DNA of 64,000 bases from Nibricoccus sp. (GCA_047602425.1 JASGHG010000001.1:4352001-4416000), one strand, 5' to 3'; positions 1 through 9,816 are shown, counted from the stretch's first letter. Numbers and translations are program-made. Notes: generated by a model from the letters alone, not told the origin.

Positions 1-578
1 ATGAGGTCGATTGTTTCTTCGGCCGCTTGTCCGTCTACCTTGCCGTCCTCGATCATCCGGCGAGCGATATCGAGCAGTCCTTGCCGGGTAAAATGAGAAA
101 TCAACCCAGGGTTGGCGCCATGCTCGATAACGGCGGTTGGGCCTTTTTCAGTCCAATTCGCCACCATTTGACGAAGCTTCATATGGCGCCAATATAAGGT
201 TCGCTCCGTGGGATGTTTTGCCCCTGCTCCATCGTAAGGATCCCACAGCTCAACCGACGCATTGGTGTAAAGTACGCCATGTTCATGGCACCACTGAACC
301 AATGCACAGGTGTCAATATTCCAGGCCAGATCGATCAAGAGGTCGCCTGCGCCCAAGCGATTTTCAAGAATGCGAGCCATGTTTTCAGGAGTGATTCGCT
401 CCCGTTCGAATCGCACGCCGCTACCGCTCCACGCAGCCAGCTTCGACCTGCGGTCCTCGAAATCCAGGATGGTTATGTTGTTTGCACGGATGGGGACGTG
501 TTTAAGGATGAGAGGGAGGGCGCATTCGGCGACTGCACCGAAACCGACGACGAGGATCTTGTTGAGAGTATGAATCAT
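1..578 (-). CDS. hss: homospermidine synthase (partial, runs off window start)
   Basis: Not in the ORF track. Manual minus-strand translation from ATG at 578: MIHTLNKILVVGFGAVAECALPLILKH...DLLIDLAWNID...LYTNASVELWDPY...RTLYWRH...TAVIEHGANPGLISHF. Rossmann GxGxV plus the HGANPGLISHF motif of HSS. Confidence 0.9.
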   Translation of the reverse strand, partial: MIHTLNKILVVGFGAVAECALPLILKHVPIRANNITILDFEDRRSKLAAWSGSGVRFERERITPENMARILENRLGAGDLLIDLAWNIDTCALVQWCHEHGVLYTNASVELWDPYDGAGAKHPTERTLYWRHMKLRQMVANWTEKGPTAVIEHGANPGLISHFTRQGLLDIARRMIEDGKVDGQAAEETIDL

Positions 579-880
579 GATAGCATTAGATTGTAACAAT
601 GTTGGATATAATGGTTGGTTTGCGTCATGAAGACGGCTTTGCCGTTCACGCGCAGCGGATAGCGTGGAAACGATTGCGCAATTGTCCGACTCGCTTGAGC
701 GGTGGAACGGCGCGTTTACAGGCCATGCAGACACGAAAGTGTCTGGGCCGGCCCAAAAGGAACCTGTCTCAACCAGTTATCCTGGGGAATCGTGAATCCC
801 GGCAATGCCCTGGAAGCCGATTTCCAGCAGGAGATAGGTTGTCTGATGGCGGATACAGAGATTGGTTAGCATTGCGACAT

Positions 881-940
881 TTATAAACCAAACGAGACGC
901 CCAAACTCATCTGCCCACGCCTGCGAGAGTTAATTTTCAT
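881..940 (-). CDS. putative 19-aa peptide MKINSRRRGQMSLGVSFGL
   Basis: ATG preceded by the A-rich leader AAAAAACAAACAAACC, 20 nt after the mscS stop; no homology evidence. Confidence 0.3.
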   Translation of the reverse strand: MKINSRRRGQMSLGVSFGL

Positions 941-960
941 GGTTTGTTTGTTTTTAAATG

Positions 961-1506
961 TTAGGCAAGGGAGGGACGTTCGCTCGCGAGTGCGATCGGT
1001 GCGTGACGTTTGAGCACCTTCTGGAAGAAGAGATTATTCGGAATTCGGAGGGTTCCTCCGTCCGCGGTGCGCAGCGTCGTATAAACCAGATTCAGGTCGA
1101 CAACCTTGCCGAGCACGGGATCGTCGCCCACGATCTCGATCTGGTCATCGAGTTCGAAGGGACGAAACACTACGATCAAAAGCGAGGCGAGCATGTGGCT
1201 CAGAATGCTCCACATCGCCACGAAGCCGATGGCGACGAGGCTCAAGACAGCGCCCAGCAACGACCACACTCCCTGGAGATCGATGCCCATCGCGAAGAGG
1301 ACTCCGGCCACTGCGATTCCAATAATCGTCCAGCGCACTGCGCCGACCGCAATCCGCGTCCGGACGGGAGTCATCAGGCGCGGTCGAGGCCGGACACGGC
1401 GTCTGCTAGCGAGCAGATAAACAATCATGGCGACCGCAACCAACAGAGTCGCTGGTCCGAGGTGGAAACGCTGAAGGTACGAAGTGAAGGAGGTGAGTGC
1501 CTGCAT
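961..1506 (-). CDS. small MscS-family mechanosensitive channel
   Basis: Three hydrophobic helices, then RPFELDDQIEI...GKVVDLNLVYTTLRTADG..LRIPNN. Confidence 0.88.
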   Translation of the reverse strand: MQALTSFTSYLQRFHLGPATLLVAVAMIVYLLASRRRVRPRPRLMTPVRTRIAVGAVRWTIIGIAVAGVLFAMGIDLQGVWSLLGAVLSLVAIGFVAMWSILSHMLASLLIVVFRPFELDDQIEIVGDDPVLGKVVDLNLVYTTLRTADGGTLRIPNNLFFQKVLKRHAPIALASERPSLA

Positions 1507-1587
1507 GATGTTTTTGGGCGGCTGCGACCGCGTTGTCGATAGCGATAGTTTTTGTTGAGATTCCCCTCGACGGGAATGGGCCTGCGT

Positions 1588-2019
1588 TTAACGCAACGAG
1601 GTAAACGCCAGGGGCGCCGGCAGGGCATTGTCGGGAGTCGGAGGCGCTACCCGGCGAATCTTCAATTCGCGGATGCCGCCGGGAGTGGCCCATCTTACGA
1701 TGTCACCTTCCCGGCAACCAATGAGCGCGGTGCCGATGGGCGAGAGAATGGAAAGGCGCTTCTCGTCCACGTTGGCCCTATCGGGGAACGTGATGACGTA
1801 GTCCTCGACCTCGCTGGTGGCGAGATCTTCGAATTCAACGCGGGATTCCATTGTCACGACGCCTGCTGGAGCTCCTTCGGCGTCGATGATGAAAGCCCGG
1901 TCGAGTTCGTTTCTGAGATTTTTCAGCGCGCCGTTTGCATTCGAATAAAGTGCCGCGGCAAGCAGGAGGCGGAGTTTGGAATTATCTTCGCGAGTGATAT
2001 AGATAGGAGTGTGATTCAT
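1588..2019 (-). CDS. rnk: Rnk / GreA-GreB family factor
   Basis: IYITRED, ELDRA, VVTMESRV, LSILSPIGTALIG motifs; start trimmed to MNHTPIY. Confidence 0.88.
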   Translation of the reverse strand: MNHTPIYITREDNSKLRLLLAAALYSNANGALKNLRNELDRAFIIDAEGAPAGVVTMESRVEFEDLATSEVEDYVITFPDRANVDEKRLSILSPIGTALIGCREGDIVRWATPGGIRELKIRRVAPPTPDNALPAPLAFTSLR

Positions 2020-2093
2020 GATATTTTTTGTGGTTGTGCAGTCGCATTCCGGGCCGGAATGGCCAGGCTTGCGGACTGGGAGGTTGCGGTTGG

Positions 2094-2819
2094 TTAGTTG
2101 GCCAGAACCGAGACCGTGGGGGCATCGGTGACTGCGATGGGGATGCGCGCGGTCGCCGGAAATTTTTTCGACGTATCCCATTTGTCGACGGTGATGAGTT
2201 CGGAGCTCAGGTCATCCGTCTTTAGGAGAATGTGGTTGGGAAAAAGCGCGTCCGGTGTGCGTCCTGGATTGAGATAGAGTGTTGGCTCCGTCTGTTCGCA
2301 CCAGTGAATTGGATCGTGCACATGTCCAGAAAAGACGACGCGCGGAGCGTAGCGCCGAGCGGGACCGAGCAGATCTGGATCGCCGGCGTCGCGGCCGCTC
2401 GCGCGAGTTGCCACCAAAGTTTTGGCGGGAGGAGCATGGACGACCCAGAGGTCCGCTTTGCCTCCTTTCGGGCGCGTGGTGCAGCCGATATTGAGCAAGG
2501 AAATGCCATCGAGCGCGACGCGCTGCCCGTCGGTCCACACCTTCGGACTTGCGAGAGAACGAAGCCAGTAGGCGGGCGTCCACCGCTCGGCTTTCGCGTC
2601 CCACTCGAGATCATGATTGCCGCTGCACAGGCACATCGGGTGCGGATATTCGTTGATCCAAGTGGAGACCCAATCGATCTGCTTCTGCTGCGAAGTGGCG
2701 TCAGACAGGTTGAGCAGGTCGCCCGACATCACGAGAAGATCGTGGGGTGGGGCATTGTTGGGCAGCCAGTCGAACCAGCGTTTATTGAAATGAAAATCGG
2801 TAACGTGGAGAATAATCAT
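2094..2819 (-). CDS. metallophosphoesterase (calcineurin-like)
   Basis: DFH, GD, GNHD, H, GHVH motifs. Confidence 0.88.
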   Translation of the reverse strand: MIILHVTDFHFNKRWFDWLPNNAPPHDLLVMSGDLLNLSDATSQQKQIDWVSTWINEYPHPMCLCSGNHDLEWDAKAERWTPAYWLRSLASPKVWTDGQRVALDGISLLNIGCTTRPKGGKADLWVVHAPPAKTLVATRASGRDAGDPDLLGPARRYAPRVVFSGHVHDPIHWCEQTEPTLYLNPGRTPDALFPNHILLKTDDLSSELITVDKWDTSKKFPATARIPIAVTDAPTVSVLAN

Positions 2820-3095
2820 GGTGGAATCCAGTTTGAGGCCGCGCCGAAAGTCGTGCGGTGACGACTGCGGGCGGGAGTTGTTTTGGAACAACCACGCGAT
2901 TGTGCGGATTGTGTTTGTTATACGCGGGACCGCCGGAATCCGGACGCGCCGCGGCGCGTTAACTTATCGTATTTGCCCGGTGGCCGCGCCCTTGGTCGGT
3001 TTTCGCGGAAAAATTCGCGCCGACCTCAGCTCGCGGTCCCGGGTCGAGCCGGGAAGATACGCAAGGCCAAGCCTCCCGCCATTTGCGGGCGGGCG

Positions 3096-3167
3096 CAGAA
3101 AATATATTTCTGATGCGTGTTCGGGTTCAAGATAACGCCACCCTGCGGCGGAAATATATATTGTCAA
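3096..3167 (-). promoter_or_regulatory. putative sigma70 -35 (TTGACA, 3162-3167) with two AT-rich operator-like boxes
   Basis: Near-palindrome CAGAAAATATATTTCTG (3096-3112) and related CGGAAATATATATTGTC (3149-3165) overlapping the -35. Confidence 0.45.
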
Positions 3168-3287
3168 GCGACGAAGCCGTTCTTTTTTCGCATTCGTGCC
3201 TGCGTAGTGGAATAACGAATACGCCGGACTTTCGTGCTTCGCCAGATCAACGCATCCCGAGCCGCCAACGAAGCGCGCCGAACGCAA

Positions 3288-3743
3288 TCAGCTCCGTTTG
3301 CGAGGGACTTTGGAAAGCGCCCTGGAGTCGGGGATGGAGGCGATGATGCGTTGTAATTCCGGGCGGATCTGCCGCAGCTCGCGGAGGTGGATGTCTGAAA
3401 GGCGTTTGATCATGGCCTCGCCTTTAGGCGTTAGCTCTAGTTCGACCCGGCGGCGGTCGGAAGGCGCCTCGATGCGGCGCACGAATTTTTTTTGAACCAG
3501 GCGATCGACCAGACCCACCGTGCTATGATGCTTGAGAAATAAATGCTCCGCGAGGTCGCCGATGGAGGCATTGCCGGGACCGCGAAATCCCTTGATTGAG
3601 AGCAAGGCTTGGTGTTGCTGCGGCGTCAGGCCCGCGTTCCGGGCGGCGTTCTGACTAAACGCGAGAAACCGACGAAGCGCGTAGCGCAGTGACGCGAGCA
3701 CCTGATAATGTGTTTTGGCTGCGGGAGAGGGAGTCGTGGGCAT
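3288..3743 (-). CDS. MarR-family transcriptional regulator
   Basis: GLTPQQHQALL, wHTH with HHSTVGLVDRL, DRRRVELELTPKG. Confidence 0.92.
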   Translation of the reverse strand: MPTTPSPAAKTHYQVLASLRYALRRFLAFSQNAARNAGLTPQQHQALLSIKGFRGPGNASIGDLAEHLFLKHHSTVGLVDRLVQKKFVRRIEAPSDRRRVELELTPKGEAMIKRLSDIHLRELRQIRPELQRIIASIPDSRALSKVPRKRS

Positions 3744-3794
3744 GACAGTGAACGTGCGATCAAACCCGCCCGGGCAAAATAGACAATCCCTTGA

Positions 3795-4607
3795 TCAACC
3801 GTCCACCTGTCGTCGCGCACCGAGCCAGGCCAGAACCGAGGACACCGAAGCCCAAAGCGCAAATATAATGGTCAACCAGAGCGTGCTATGAGCGATCCAC
3901 CACTGGGTCAGCGATCCCGCATCGAGTCCACTGAACGCAGCGCGCTCCACGGAGAATACCACAGTGATGCGAAAGGCGTCGAGGGGGTTGGCCATGAGCG
4001 CCGCGACCCAGAGATCGGGATGTTCCTGCGTGGCTGAACCACCCGCCACCGCGATCAACAGCAAGTCAGTGCCGAACAAAAAAACAAACCAAACAGCGAC
4101 CGCGACGATGAGGCCGCGCACTTGATCGCGGATCCAAAGTCCGATGGCGAGGCCGGCCAGACTGCACACGGCACTTACGCCGGCGGCCCCAAAGGCGGCC
4201 ACAAGTAATTCCGACGAACCGCCGCTAAGGAACACCGTCGGAAGCGCCAGCAAACCGGCGGCGGCTACGACAATCGTGACGAGGGCAACGGCTTTGCCAG
4301 TCAGCCAGGGACCGATGCCCGAAGGCAAGCCGACCAGCCACGTAAATTCCTCGGCTTCGGCCTGGGCCGAACTAAGTCCAAGTAACAAGGTCGAGAGGGA
4401 AACTGCATAGAGCACGGCGTGAAGCAGCCACCAGGAGGCGCCCCGTGCAAGAGAGTCGCCGGGCGTCAAAAGAGGGAGAAAACCGGCGACGAGGACGAGC
4501 AGAACATGCGCGTGGAGAAAACGGTTGAGACGATGGCTCAGGAATTCGCGGCGGGCGGCCGCGCGAGCGACGGTGTGGCTGGCAGGAAGCGAGCGTACGG
4601 CGTACAT
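3795..4607 (-). CDS. nosY: NosY ABC permease
   Basis: About 6 TM helices, NPLDAFR motif, follows nosDF. Confidence 0.82.
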   Translation of the reverse strand: MYAVRSLPASHTVARAAARREFLSHRLNRFLHAHVLLVLVAGFLPLLTPGDSLARGASWWLLHAVLYAVSLSTLLLGLSSAQAEAEEFTWLVGLPSGIGPWLTGKAVALVTIVVAAAGLLALPTVFLSGGSSELLVAAFGAAGVSAVCSLAGLAIGLWIRDQVRGLIVAVAVWFVFLFGTDLLLIAVAGGSATQEHPDLWVAALMANPLDAFRITVVFSVERAAFSGLDAGSLTQWWIAHSTLWLTIIFALWASVSSVLAWLGARRQVDG

Positions 4608-4615
4608 GGCATTGG

Positions 4616-5329
4616 CTAGTCGCAGGCGATCAATTTGGCGGAAGGCGGTTGTTCGGCAGCAGATGAATCGAAAAATGCATCGCGCAAACGGTTCGGCTGG
4701 ATCTCACGAGTGCAGCGGCCGTTTTCGACCAAAAGGCAACGATGGGCTTTGCCCTCCCATTCTCCGAGGAGATGAGTAGCGACCAAAACTGTCCGGCCTC
4801 GCGCTGCTTCGCTGGAAAGGAATTGTTGAAGCCGCATTCTCCACTCCGGATCGAGGCTCAAGCCGGGCTCGTCGAGCAAAAGAACAGGAGCCTCGGCCAG
4901 GACGAAGACCGCCAGGGCGAGTCGCTGCCTCAGACCTCCGGAAAGTTTGCCGGTGGGAACGTGTTTGAACTCGAATAACCCCCAGCTTTCCAGCGCGGCC
5001 AGACTGGCATTTTTATTGTGGTCGCGCAGCTGGCCATAAAAGTTCGCGACCTGCGCCGCCGTCAACCGTGGGTGAAAGCGGGGGGCTTGAGGTAGAAACG
5101 ACAGATGAGCGAGGGCTTCGCTCCTGGCCGTTTTCATGTCGTGTCCGGCAATGGCGATCGTGCCGCCATCGGGTTTGGCAAGACCGGCGAGCAGCCGCAT
5201 GGCGGTGGTCTTGCCCGCGCCATTGTTGCCGACCATCAAAGTGATGGCTCCTGGTTCGGCATCGAAATCGAGACCGGTGAGCACGGCCTTCGAGCCAAAT
5301 GATTTTCGCAGATTACGAGTCAGGATCAT
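4616..5329 (-). CDS. nosF: NosF ABC ATPase
   Basis: GNNGAGKT, LSGG, LLLDEP; ATG overlaps the nosD stop. Confidence 0.88.
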   Translation of the reverse strand: MILTRNLRKSFGSKAVLTGLDFDAEPGAITLMVGNNGAGKTTAMRLLAGLAKPDGGTIAIAGHDMKTARSEALAHLSFLPQAPRFHPRLTAAQVANFYGQLRDHNKNASLAALESWGLFEFKHVPTGKLSGGLRQRLALAVFVLAEAPVLLLDEPGLSLDPEWRMRLQQFLSSEAARGRTVLVATHLLGEWEGKAHRCLLVENGRCTREIQPNRLRDAFFDSSAAEQPPSAKLIACD

Positions 5330-6642
5330 GGCTCTTTGGTTGCTTTGACGAGCGGCTTTGGGTCGATTACTCCGGGCAGGGTCGCAAGATTGAGGCGGCT
5401 GTGGATCAGCCGCAGCAGCCTCTCTCCAGGACTGGCGGAAAGGAGACCGATGGCGGGAAAATTGCGGCGCCATTGACCGAAAAGATCGGGTTCGCGATGG
5501 GGTAGGTCGGCGATGCCGTCGCGATTCAAATCGATAGTCAGGGCGTCATCCCAGTGATTGCCGCGCCCGTCGACCGCCCACAGGTTCGCGCCATTGGCGC
5601 CATTTGTCTCAAGCGGATGGATGTTGTTGGTGAAGATGTTTTCGAAAATCTGGCTGTCCGCGGTACTATCGCTCATGCGAAGACCGACATAATTGCCAGC
5701 GATGCGATTGCCGTGGATAACATCGTGATTTCCATTTTCGACGTAGAGACCGACGGTATTCCCTTCGATCGTGTTGTTTTCGATCCGTGTGTCGTCGATT
5801 GCCTGAAGCAGAAGTCCGTACGCGCGATGGCTGCGATTGGAGACGAAAAGATTGGCTCGCAGGAGAAGCTTTTTTGAAAACATCAGCGCGGCGCCAGCGG
5901 CGTTTTCGGAGAAGCGATTTCGCTCAAACACGTTTTCGTCCGAATACATGTAGTGCAGACCGTAACGCACATGCGTGATGAGATTTTCCACAACGTGCGT
6001 TTGCCGGGTGAACGAAAAATAAATTCCGTCGCGCGTGCCCTTGATCGTATTGCGACCGATAAAATGGCCCGAGGAATTCCAGAGGTGAATGCCATTGCCT
6101 CGGGCGTCCTGTGATACGACCACGTCGCAGAATTCTGCGCTGGCCACATCGTTCGTTTTCAGGCCCGAGGAAACCGGATCGGCGATCACCTCGCCCAATG
6201 CGCCATCACCGAGAATGACGTTGTCGACGATTCGGCAATCATTGGCACCGCGCACGTACACACCGTGAAGCATATCAAAAATACGATTATTGCGGATCAC
6301 CGCTCTTGCTCCTGTGATATGGATGGCCGCGACGTCCTCGGACAGGTTGCGCCCCGAACCGCGAACAATAAACCCTGCAATTTCGACATCGGCGGCGCGA
6401 ATGGAGATCACGTTACTTTTCCCGTTGCCGCGCAAAACAGCCCCTTGTGCACCGAGTAAATGGACTGATTTGGCGATAACAAAAGGTCCGTCATAATCAC
6501 CCGCGGCGACGTTGAGGGTGGCGCCGGGCGCGGCAGTTTCGATCTCACGGCGCAGGCGATCACCGGCGGTTTCGGCGGCGGCGAAAGCCCGGACAAGGAA
6601 AAGGCAGTGCACCAGCCACAACCATTGGCGAAAGGCCTTCAC
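5326..6642 (-). CDS. nosD: NosD periplasmic beta-helix maturation protein
   Basis: RGNGIHLWNS, RDGIY, RYGLHYMYS, GNHWD motifs; GTG start overlaps the upstream TGA; signal peptide. Confidence 0.93.
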   Translation of the reverse strand: MKAFRQWLWLVHCLFLVRAFAAAETAGDRLRREIETAAPGATLNVAAGDYDGPFVIAKSVHLLGAQGAVLRGNGKSNVISIRAADVEIAGFIVRGSGRNLSEDVAAIHITGARAVIRNNRIFDMLHGVYVRGANDCRIVDNVILGDGALGEVIADPVSSGLKTNDVASAEFCDVVVSQDARGNGIHLWNSSGHFIGRNTIKGTRDGIYFSFTRQTHVVENLITHVRYGLHYMYSDENVFERNRFSENAAGAALMFSKKLLLRANLFVSNRSHRAYGLLLQAIDDTRIENNTIEGNTVGLYVENGNHDVIHGNRIAGNYVGLRMSDSTADSQIFENIFTNNIHPLETNGANGANLWAVDGRGNHWDDALTIDLNRDGIADLPHREPDLFGQWRRNFPAIGLLSASPGERLLRLIHSRLNLATLPGVIDPKPLVKATKEP

Positions 6643-7256
6643 GGTTCCTCCTTCCGCGAGCACCAGATTGCGACAATCACAAGCAGGAGAAACACGGCGA
6701 GTAAAAGGCCGCCTAAAAGAGGGGTGCTGGACTGCACGAAGTTCGCGATCTGTTGTTTGCCGATAAGGATTGGCGTGAAGGGCTTGATCGTCATCGGCGC
6801 GTGCGGATCGAGCGTGTGGCCGTAGGTATGCAGGCGATAGTAGAAATTCCCGATCGAGAAGATGCTGAAATACAGAAAGAGCGTGCCGAGGTCGATGAGG
6901 CTGATCATTCGGCCAATGGCGGCGGCGCGCAAAGCGAGCAGGCCGAAAATACCGAATGCGAACGGCAACCATTTCATCTCGACAAAGTCGGCCTCGGCCA
7001 GAGGTCGCATGCCGATGTAGTGGTTGAGCATGTTGATCTCGTGCAGATCCTGACCGCCGTTGCCTCCAACCAACTGGTAGGCGTAGATGCGAAGGGTGAG
7101 CCCTTCCTGGTATTGGGGGGCAACGAGTCGGATCTGCCAGAGCGGCAGGAACGCGGCCGAAATAATGGTCGCCGCCGCCAACAACATCAGGGCGCGTGAA
7201 GTCAGGTTGAGCGAACGGCGGAGAAAAAGATTCTCGCGTAGAAAAAACTCCTTCAT
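6639..7256 (-). CDS. clade II nos accessory membrane protein (NosB-like)
   Basis: APQYQEGL, INMLNHYIGM, YGHTLDPHAP; 4 TM; lies between nosZ and nosD. Confidence 0.8.
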   Translation of the reverse strand: MKEFFLRENLFLRRSLNLTSRALMLLAAATIISAAFLPLWQIRLVAPQYQEGLTLRIYAYQLVGGNGGQDLHEINMLNHYIGMRPLAEADFVEMKWLPFAFGIFGLLALRAAAIGRMISLIDLGTLFLYFSIFSIGNFYYRLHTYGHTLDPHAPMTIKPFTPILIGKQQIANFVQSSTPLLGGLLLAVFLLLVIVAIWCSRKEEP

Positions 7257-7270
7257 GGCGGCTTCGCATT

Positions 7271-7303
7271 AAAACGCCGCGGGCAAAAACGCCCGCCCGC
7301 GGC
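7271..7303 (-). terminator. hairpin after nosZ (terminator or mRNA stabiliser)
   Basis: GCCGCGGGC/GCCCGCGGC stem followed by GTTTT on the minus strand. Confidence 0.55.
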
Positions 7304-7321
7304 TGGTGATAGTGGATGGTT

Positions 7322-9223
7322 TTACTTGGCGGCGTAGCCGGCGGGCTTCACCGCGAGATATCCCTGCATTTCCTGGTGAAGCGCTGAGCAAAAATTCGTG
7401 CAATAGAAGGGAAACACGCCGGGTTTCTTCATCGTGAGCCGAATCGTTTTGGTTTCGCCCGGATCGATAATCATGTTCACGTCCTGCTCGACGATGCCGA
7501 GTCCATGAATCATGTCGGGCGTTTGCTCGACGTTGGTGACATGAATCACGAGTTCGTCGCCCTCGTTGGCGTCGATTCGATCGGGTGTGAAGTGACTGCG
7601 GATCGCGAGCATCTTTACCTCAACGACGTTGCCTTTGCGCGTGACGCCGGTGTCTTTTGCGTCCCAGACCGCGTTCGGATTAGTGTTCTCGGTTTTCGGA
7701 TAAACCTCGATCGGTTTGATGGCATCGGCCTTCAGGATTTGCGCGAAATGCGGCTCAGGTTCGGTGAAGGTCTCATATAACATTTCCATTTTCTTGCCGG
7801 AAATATCGATCAACTGACTGTCTTCGGGTTGACCCGGTCCGACGGAAAGATGGCGGCCTTTGGAGAGTTTGTTCATGGCCACCAAATATTTTCCATATGG
7901 CTGCGTTGTGTCGCTGCCGCCCACAACCAAGTGACCGATACTATAATGAACCGGGATTTTATCGAGAACGGCTTTGTTTAGGTCGGCGCGCTCCTCGGTG
8001 CTCCACGGCGGCAGCTTCCATTTTGTCACGACGGACTCGATGAAGAGAGAGGTATATGCGTTGCCCTGTCCGTCATATTGAGTGTGCAGCGGGCCGAGGC
8101 CGACCGGGACTTCGCCTTCGAGCGCGCTATCGTGACGGATGACCGGCACGCCACGGAATTCGCCCTCAAAATCTTTCTTCTCGATTGCGGCGAGGATTTT
8201 TTGGAAATCGAAAACCGACGCCACCGGCTGAAGCTTGCCTGATGCTACGATCCAACGGCCGGACGGATCGGTATCGATCCCATGCGGCGATTTTGGCACG
8301 GCCAAATAGTAAAGCACGCCGGGAACTTTGGCCGGGTCGATGACGGGCACACCGTCCATCACGGTGGTCTGCCCGGCTTTCATCGCCGCTTCGGCAGCAC
8401 GCCAATTCACCACAGCGGCGTAGTCGCGGTCCTTTTGGGTGGAGGTTGCCTCCAGTTGGTTGTGCGCCATCTCGCTGTTGTACGACGTCCAGAAAGCCCA
8501 GCCGTCACTCGGACCCTTGCCGGTGGAACCGAGGTCCCAATCGATCGGAGGCGTAAGAATCTGCCAGCCGACGCTCATTTCACCCGTATTGGAATCGACC
8601 TTGATGCCAGAAACCGAACCATTGAACTCCTTCTCATAGTCGGCGGGGTCGGCGTAGCGACCCTTGGGCAGAGGAACGGAGAAGCGCGTGGCGACCAGGA
8701 CGTATTCGGTGTTGTTCGTTACGAAGGAAGAGCCGTGGTTGCCCATTGAATTCGGGATTGGACCTAGGATCTGTCTCGTCTTGAAATCGCGGAGATCGAT
8801 GCGGGCAATGCGATTGTTGGCGTTGTCATTCACAAACAACCAACGGCCATCGTAGACGCCATTGGTTTTTGAAAGCCCCGGGTGATGCACATCGCCCCAC
8901 GTATAATCGCCGAGCAACTTTTTCGATTCCTCGTCGTAGCCATAGCCGGTGCCCGGGTAGCGGCCGAAAACTGGAATCGTCGAAATGTGCCGCATCGAGG
9001 GAATCCCAGCCACGAAGACCTGGCCCGAATGACCGCCGGAATAGAAAAGATAATACTCGTCCTTCGCGCCTGGTGCCACATACGTGCGAGCGGCGGCCGA
9101 ACTGGCATCCGCGTTCTTGTTTGAGGAGGAACTTGCGGATTTCCCGGGGGGATTGCAGCCAGCGAGGGAAAACGCTGCGACGGCCAAGCCGGCGGAAACA
9201 ACGAATAAACGGGGTGGTTTCAT
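7322..9223 (-). CDS. nosZ: Sec-dependent (clade II) nitrous oxide reductase, lipoprotein
   Basis: SGGHSGQ, DVHH, GNH, PHG, GPLH, EPH CuZ motifs; CuA CTNFCSALHQEM; lipobox LAGC and no Tat RR motif. Confidence 0.97.
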   Translation of the reverse strand: MKPPRLFVVSAGLAVAAFSLAGCNPPGKSASSSSNKNADASSAAARTYVAPGAKDEYYLFYSGGHSGQVFVAGIPSMRHISTIPVFGRYPGTGYGYDEESKKLLGDYTWGDVHHPGLSKTNGVYDGRWLFVNDNANNRIARIDLRDFKTRQILGPIPNSMGNHGSSFVTNNTEYVLVATRFSVPLPKGRYADPADYEKEFNGSVSGIKVDSNTGEMSVGWQILTPPIDWDLGSTGKGPSDGWAFWTSYNSEMAHNQLEATSTQKDRDYAAVVNWRAAEAAMKAGQTTVMDGVPVIDPAKVPGVLYYLAVPKSPHGIDTDPSGRWIVASGKLQPVASVFDFQKILAAIEKKDFEGEFRGVPVIRHDSALEGEVPVGLGPLHTQYDGQGNAYTSLFIESVVTKWKLPPWSTEERADLNKAVLDKIPVHYSIGHLVVGGSDTTQPYGKYLVAMNKLSKGRHLSVGPGQPEDSQLIDISGKKMEMLYETFTEPEPHFAQILKADAIKPIEVYPKTENTNPNAVWDAKDTGVTRKGNVVEVKMLAIRSHFTPDRIDANEGDELVIHVTNVEQTPDMIHGLGIVEQDVNMIIDPGETKTIRLTMKKPGVFPFYCTNFCSALHQEMQGYLAVKPAGYAAK

Positions 9224-9255
9224 GGTTGTGGTTGGTTCGTGTTGTTGGGACGTGG

Positions 9256-9777
9256 TTACTCGACAATCAATTCACCTTTCATGCCGACCTGTAGATGGCC
9301 GGGAAAGGCGCAGAGGAACGGGTAATGACCCGGCTGGGCGGGAGCGTAGAAGAGGATCGTGTCAGACTCCTTGGGCCCGAGGAGCTTGGTCGCAGCGAGC
9401 ACGCGATCCTTGTACGAAGCCGGAATGTATTCGGTGACGGCGGCATTCATCGCCTCGGTGGCAAACGCGTTCAAATCGGTCCCGATCGTGAGCAACACCC
9501 AATTGTGGCCCATGGAGAACTTGGGCACCGTTCCTTCGTTCGTCAGGGTGAGGGCAAGGGCTTCGCCCGGTTTTGCGCGAATTTCCGTCAGGTTAAACTT
9601 CATCGTGTCATTTGCCGTGATCAGAACGGCGCGACCGCTGGCGGGTTTGGCGGATGTTTCCGATTTTGGCGCCGCGGATGGAGGAGGTTGGGCAGTCGTG
9701 TTATCGCTCTTGCTGCAGCCGGCAAGAATGCACAGGGAGAGAACTGAACCGCCAAGGAGGAGTCGTGTTGTTTTCAT
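9256..9777 (-). CDS. azurin-like blue copper lipoprotein
   Basis: MGHNWV and CAFPGH...M type-1 Cu ligands; lipobox LAGC; Pro/Ala linker. Confidence 0.9.
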   Translation of the reverse strand: MKTTRLLLGGSVLSLCILAGCSKSDNTTAQPPPSAAPKSETSAKPASGRAVLITANDTMKFNLTEIRAKPGEALALTLTNEGTVPKFSMGHNWVLLTIGTDLNAFATEAMNAAVTEYIPASYKDRVLAATKLLGPKESDTILFYAPAQPGHYPFLCAFPGHLQVGMKGELIVE

Positions 9778-9816
9778 ATCGTAGTGCGATATTAATACCG
9801 AAACAGTCTCGCAGCC

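Noticed and set aside
137..596. Plus-strand ORFs at the window start
   Set aside because: Antisense shadows of hss.
761..840. SAM-I riboswitch (TTATC...GGCAA...GATAG resemblance)
   Set aside because: Opposite strand to hss and lacks the P2 kink-turn and pseudoknot elements.
6643..7269. N-terminal 208 aa of the 647-aa ORF
   Set aside because: Out-of-frame overlap with the NosB-like gene; NosD starts at GTG 6642 with a signal peptide.
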